From Bugula neritina (taxonomy: Eukaryota > Animalia > Bryozoa): a stretch of DNA of 64,000 nucleotides. A program made the translations under genes and the position numbers. The notes beneath the pieces are model-generated. The model ran no database searches. It was not told where the DNA came from and saw nothing but the letters and a program-made list of their open reading frames with translations. The stretch covers positions 1,736,001-1,800,000 of the forward strand of contig CAXIUT010000230.1 of the NCBI GenBank assembly GCA_964035545.1. Reading direction: 5' to 3'. How positions within the stretch are numbered: the stretch's first letter is position 1; every line of letters starts with the position of its first letter. Shown here in pieces: positions 58,801 to 64,000 of the stretch.

Positions 58801-61800
58801 TGAAATACACTGTGGCACACTGAAATACACTGCAACATACTGCAACATACTGCAACTTACTGAAATACACTGTAACATATTGAAATACACTGCAACATAC
58901 TGCAACATACTGCAACATACTGAAATACACTGGAACTTACTGAAATGTACTGCGACACATTAAAATATACTGTAACATACTGAAATATACTTCAACATGC
59001 TGCAACATACCAAAATACAATGTAACATACTGAAATAGATTGCAACACATTGAAATATACTGCAACATACTGCAACATACTGCAACATACTGCAACATAC
59101 TGAATTACACTCTAACATACTGAAATATGCTGTAGCATACTGAAAAACACTACAACTCACTGAAGTATAGTGTAATATACAGAAATGTACTGTAACATAC
59201 TGAAGCATACGGCAACATACTGAAATACACTGTAACATATTGAAATACACTGCAACATACTGCAACATACCGAAATACACTGGAACATATTGAAATACAC
59301 TGCAACCCATCGAAATATACTGCAACACACTGAAACATACAGCAACATACTGAAATATTCTGCAACATACTGCAACATACTAAAATACACTGTAACATAC
59401 TGAAATACATTGCAAAACAATAAAATATACTGCAACATACTAAAACATACTGCAACATACTGAAACATACTGCAACATACTGAAACATACTGAATTACAC
59501 TCTAACATACTGAAATATGGTGTAGCACACTGAAATACACTGCAACACACTGAAGTGCACTGTAATATACAGAAATGTGCTGCAACATACTGAATTATAC
59601 TGCAACATACTGCAACATACTGAAATACACTGTAACATAACGAAATACACTGCAACACATTGAAATATACTGCAACATACTGAAATGATTGGTAAACTAG
59701 TGAAATGTACTGTAACATCATGAAACATACCGGAACATTCTGCAACATAATGAAATATACTGTAGCACACTGAAATATGCTGCACGATACTGAAATATAC
59801 TGTAACATACTGAAATGTACGCAACATACTGAAGTACGCTGCAACATACTGATTTATACTGCAAGATACTGCAACATACTGAATTCCACTGTAACATACT
59901 GAAATACACTGCAACATACTGCAACATACTGAATTACACTGGAACATATTGAAATACACTGCAACACTTTGAAATATACTGCAACACACTGAAACATATG
60001 GCAACATACCGAAATACACTGCGACACGTTGACAAATACTGCAACATACTGAAATATACTGCAAGTGGTGCAACATACTGAAATATACTGTACTATACTA
60101 AAAATCTTTGCAAAACAATAAAATATACTGCAACATACTGAAACATACTGCAACATACTGAAATATACTGTAACATACTGAGACACACTATAACATATTG
60201 AAATATACTGCAACATACTGAATTACACTCTAACATACTGAAGTATGCTGTAGCATACTGAAATACACTGCCACACACTGAAGTATACTGTATTATACAG
60301 AAATGTACTGCAACATACTGAATTATACTACAACACACTGCAACATATTGAAATACACTGTAACATAACGAAATACATTGCAACACCTTGAAATATACTG
60401 CAACATACCGAAATGAATGGTAAACAAGTGAAATATACTGTAACACAATGAAACATACAGGAAAATACTGCACTATAATGAAATATACTGTAGCACACTG
60501 AAAGATACTGCACGATACTGAAATATTCTGTACCATACTGAAATGTACGCAACATACTGAAGTTTGCTGCAACATACTGATTTATACTCCAAGATATTGC
60601 AACATACTGAAATACACTGTAACAAACTGAAATACACTGCAACATACTGCAACATACTGAGTTACACTGGAACATATTGAAATACCCTGCAACACTTTGA
60701 AATATACTGCAACACACTGAAACATCTGGCAACATACAGAAGTACACTGCGAGACGTTGAAAAATACTGCAACATACTGAAATACATTGGGACACACTGA
60801 AATACACTGCAACATACTGCAACCTACCACAACGTACTGAAGTATACCGTGACGCCTTATAATATACTGCAACATACTAAAATACACTGCAACATACTGA
60901 AATACATTGCAACACATTAAAACATACTGCAACATATTGAAACGTACTGCAACATACTGAAATATACTGCAACATACTGAAATACTCTATAACATATTGA
61001 AATATACTGCAACATACTGAATTACACTCTAACATACTGAAATATGCTGTAGCATACTGAAATACACTGCAACACATTGAAATATACTGCAACATACCGA
61101 AATGAATGGTAAACTAGCGAAATAAACTGTAACATAATGAAACATACCGGAACATACTGCAAGATAATAAAATATACTGTAACACACTGAAATATACTGC
61201 AAGATACTGAAATATACTGCAACATACTGAAACGTAAGCAACATACTGAAATACGCTGCGACATACTGTAATATACTGCAAGATACTGCAAAATACTGAG
61301 TACACTGTGTCATACTGAAATACACTGCAACATACTGCAAGATCTTGCAACATACTGAAATACACTGTAACATATTGAAATACACTGCATCATACTGCAC
61401 CATACTGAAATACACTGAAACATATTGATATATACTGCAACACATTGAAATATACTGCAACACACTGAAACATAAGGCAACATACTGAAATATACTGCGA
61501 CACATTGAAATATACTGCAACATACTAAAATATACTGCAACATACTGCAACATCCTAAAATACACTGTAACATACTGAAATACACTGCAACAACTTGAAA
61601 AATACTGCAACATACCTAAACATTCGGCAACATACTAAAATACACTATAACATATTGAAATATGCTGTAGCATACTGAAGTATGCTGCCACACACTGAAG
61701 TATACTGTAATATACAGAAATGTACTGTAACATACTGAAACATACTGCAACATAGTGCAACGTACGGAAATACACTGTAACATAATGAAATACACTGCAA

Positions 61801-64000
61801 CACATTGAAATATACTGCAACATAACGAAATAAATGGTAAACTAGTGGAATATACTGTAACACACTGAAATTGACTGCAAGATACTGAGATATACTGTAA
61901 CATACTGAAGTACGCTGCCACATACTGAAATATACTGCAAGAAACTGCAACATACTGAAATACTCTGGAACATATTGAAATACACTGCAACACTCTGAAA
62001 AATACTGCAACACACTGAAACATACGGCAACATACCGAAGTAAACTGCGACACGTTGAAAATTACTGCAACATACTGAAATATACTGTAACACACTGAAA
62101 TATACTGCAAGATACTGAAATATACAACAACATACTGAAACGTACGCAACATACTGAAATACGGTGCAACATACTGTAATATCTTGCAAGATACTGCAAA
62201 ATACTGAGTACACTGTGTCATACTGAAATACACTGCAACATACTGCAACATACCACAACGTACTGATATATACCGCGACGCATTAAAATATACTGCAACA
62301 TACGAAAATACACTGCAACATACTGAAATACATTGCAACACATGAAAACATACTGCAACATATTGAAACGTACTGCAACATACTGAAATATATTGCAACA
62401 TACTGAAATACTCTATAACATATTGAAATATACTGCAACATACTGAATTACACTCTAACATACTGAAATATGCTGTAGCATACTGAAATACGCTGCAACA
62501 CATTGAAATATACTGCAACATACCGAAATGAATGGTAAACTAGCGAAATAAACTGTAACATAATGAAACATACCGGAACATACTGCAACATAATCAAATA
62601 TACTGTAACACACTGAAATATGCTACAAGATACTGAAATATACTGCAACATACTGAAACGTACGCAACATACTGAAATACGCTTCAACATACTGTAATAT
62701 ACTGCAAGGTAGTGCAAAATACTGAGTACACTGTGTCATACTGAAATACACTGCAACATACTGCAAGATATTGCAACATACTGAGATACACTGTGACACA
62801 CTGAAATATACTGCAACATACTGCAACATACTGCAACATACTGCAACATACTGAACTACACTGTAACATATTGAAATACATTGCAACACATTGAAATATA
62901 CTGCATCTTTTTGAAACATACTGCAACATACTGAATTACACTCTAACATACTGAAATATGCTGTAGCATACTGAAAAACACTACAACTCACTGAAGTATA
63001 GTGTAATATACGGAAATGTACTGCAACATGCCAAAATATACTGCAACATACTGAAATACACTGTAACATATTGAAATACACTGCAACATACTGCAACATA
63101 CTGAAATACACTGTAACATATTGAAATACACTGCAACACACTGCAACATACTGCAACATACTGAAATACACTGGAACTAACTTCAACATACGGCAACATA
63201 CTGAAATACACTGTGGCACACTGAAATACACTGCAACATACTGCAACACACTGCAACTTACTGAAATACACTGTAACATATTGAAATACACTGCAACATA
63301 CTGCAACATACTGCAACATACTGAAATACACTGGAACTTACTGAAATGTACTGCGACACATTAAAATATACTGTAACATACTGAAATATACTTCAACATG
63401 CTGCAACACAACAAAATACAATGTAACATACTGAAATAGATTGCAACACATTGAAATATACTGCAACATACTGAAACATACTGCAACATACTGAAATATA
63501 CTGCAATATACTGAATTACACTATAACATATTGAAATATACTGCAAGATACTGAATTACACTCTAACATACTGAAATATGCTGTAGCATACTGAATTACA
63601 CTGCAACACACTGAAGTATACTCTAATATACTGAAATGTACTGCGACATACTGAATTATACTGCAACATACTGCAACATACTGAAATACACTGTAACATA
63701 ATGAAATATGCTGGAGCACACTTAAATACACCGCAACACACTGAAGTATACTGTAATATACTGAAATGTACTGCAACATACTGGAATATACCGTAACACA
63801 CTGATATATACTCTAACATACCGAAATACACTGTAACATACTGAAATAAACTGCAACCTACTGCGATATACTGAATTACACTTGAACATAATGAAATACA
63901 CTGAAACACATTGAAATATACTGCAAGATACCGAAAAGAATGGTAAACTAGTGAAATATACTGTTACATAATGAAACATACCGGAACATACTGCAACATA
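46900..64000 (+). repeat. Higher-order repeat domain, roughly 4-5 copies of a 3.2-4.4 kb unit
   Basis: An equivalent anchor recurs at 47913, 51136, 55038, 58960 and 63361 (periods 3223, 3902, 3922, 4401). Many identical ORF-track peptides recur at these offsets. The left boundary is approximate. Confidence 0.85.

Larger units (their letters stand above)
42454..64000 (+). repeat. 10-bp tandem satellite, block 5 (continues past window end)
   Basis: Same monomers and orientation; no non-satellite interruption seen. Confidence 0.98.

Noticed and set aside
401-63955. CRISPR-like array (constant box with variable spacers)
   Set aside because: The intervening sequences are hundreds of bp of satellite, repeated rather than unique, and there are no cas genes.
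131-63979. Hundreds of overlapping minus-strand ORFs (MLQYISVCCSIFQYVAV..., up to 353 aa)
   Set aside because: The minus-strand consensus ATGTTGCAGTATATTTCAGT has an ATG and no stop in any frame, so ORFs overlap in all three frames. A 10-bp unit is not codon-preserving and there is no domain signal.
1-64000. Telomerase-type terminal repeat array
   Set aside because: The strand skew is suggestive, but the unit lacks G-runs and shows inherited kb-scale variant modules and TE insertions typical of recombination-driven satellite.

Overview
This window is non-coding, eukaryotic-looking satellite DNA. About 94% is one uninverted array of a degenerate 10-bp monomer (ACTGCAACAT / ACTGAAATAT / ACTGAAATAC / ACTGTAACAT, mostly alternating as a 20-bp dimer). 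The array is organised in layers: 10 bp, 20 bp, modules of about 0.5-0.7 kb marked by a conserved ATGGTAAACTAG box, and shuffled or tandem multi-kb duplications. It is interrupted by four non-autonomous DNA-transposon pieces: a 2561-bp element (13298-15858), a 756-bp element (28595-29350), and two inverted ~316-bp truncated relatives of the 756-bp element (40052-40367, 42137-42453). Both full-length elements start CACAG, end CTGTG and share a bipartite terminal motif, CACAG-N5-TTAAGG-N-CA. Empty paralogous sites inside the window show 2-bp target-site duplications, which best fits the CMC/EnSpm (CACTA-like) superfamily. I found no credible protein-coding gene, RNA gene or CRISPR array; the hundreds of minus-strand ORFs are a by-product of a stop-free repeat strand. 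The organism cannot be identified from the sequence, and all comparisons were made by eye with the help of ORF-track offsets.
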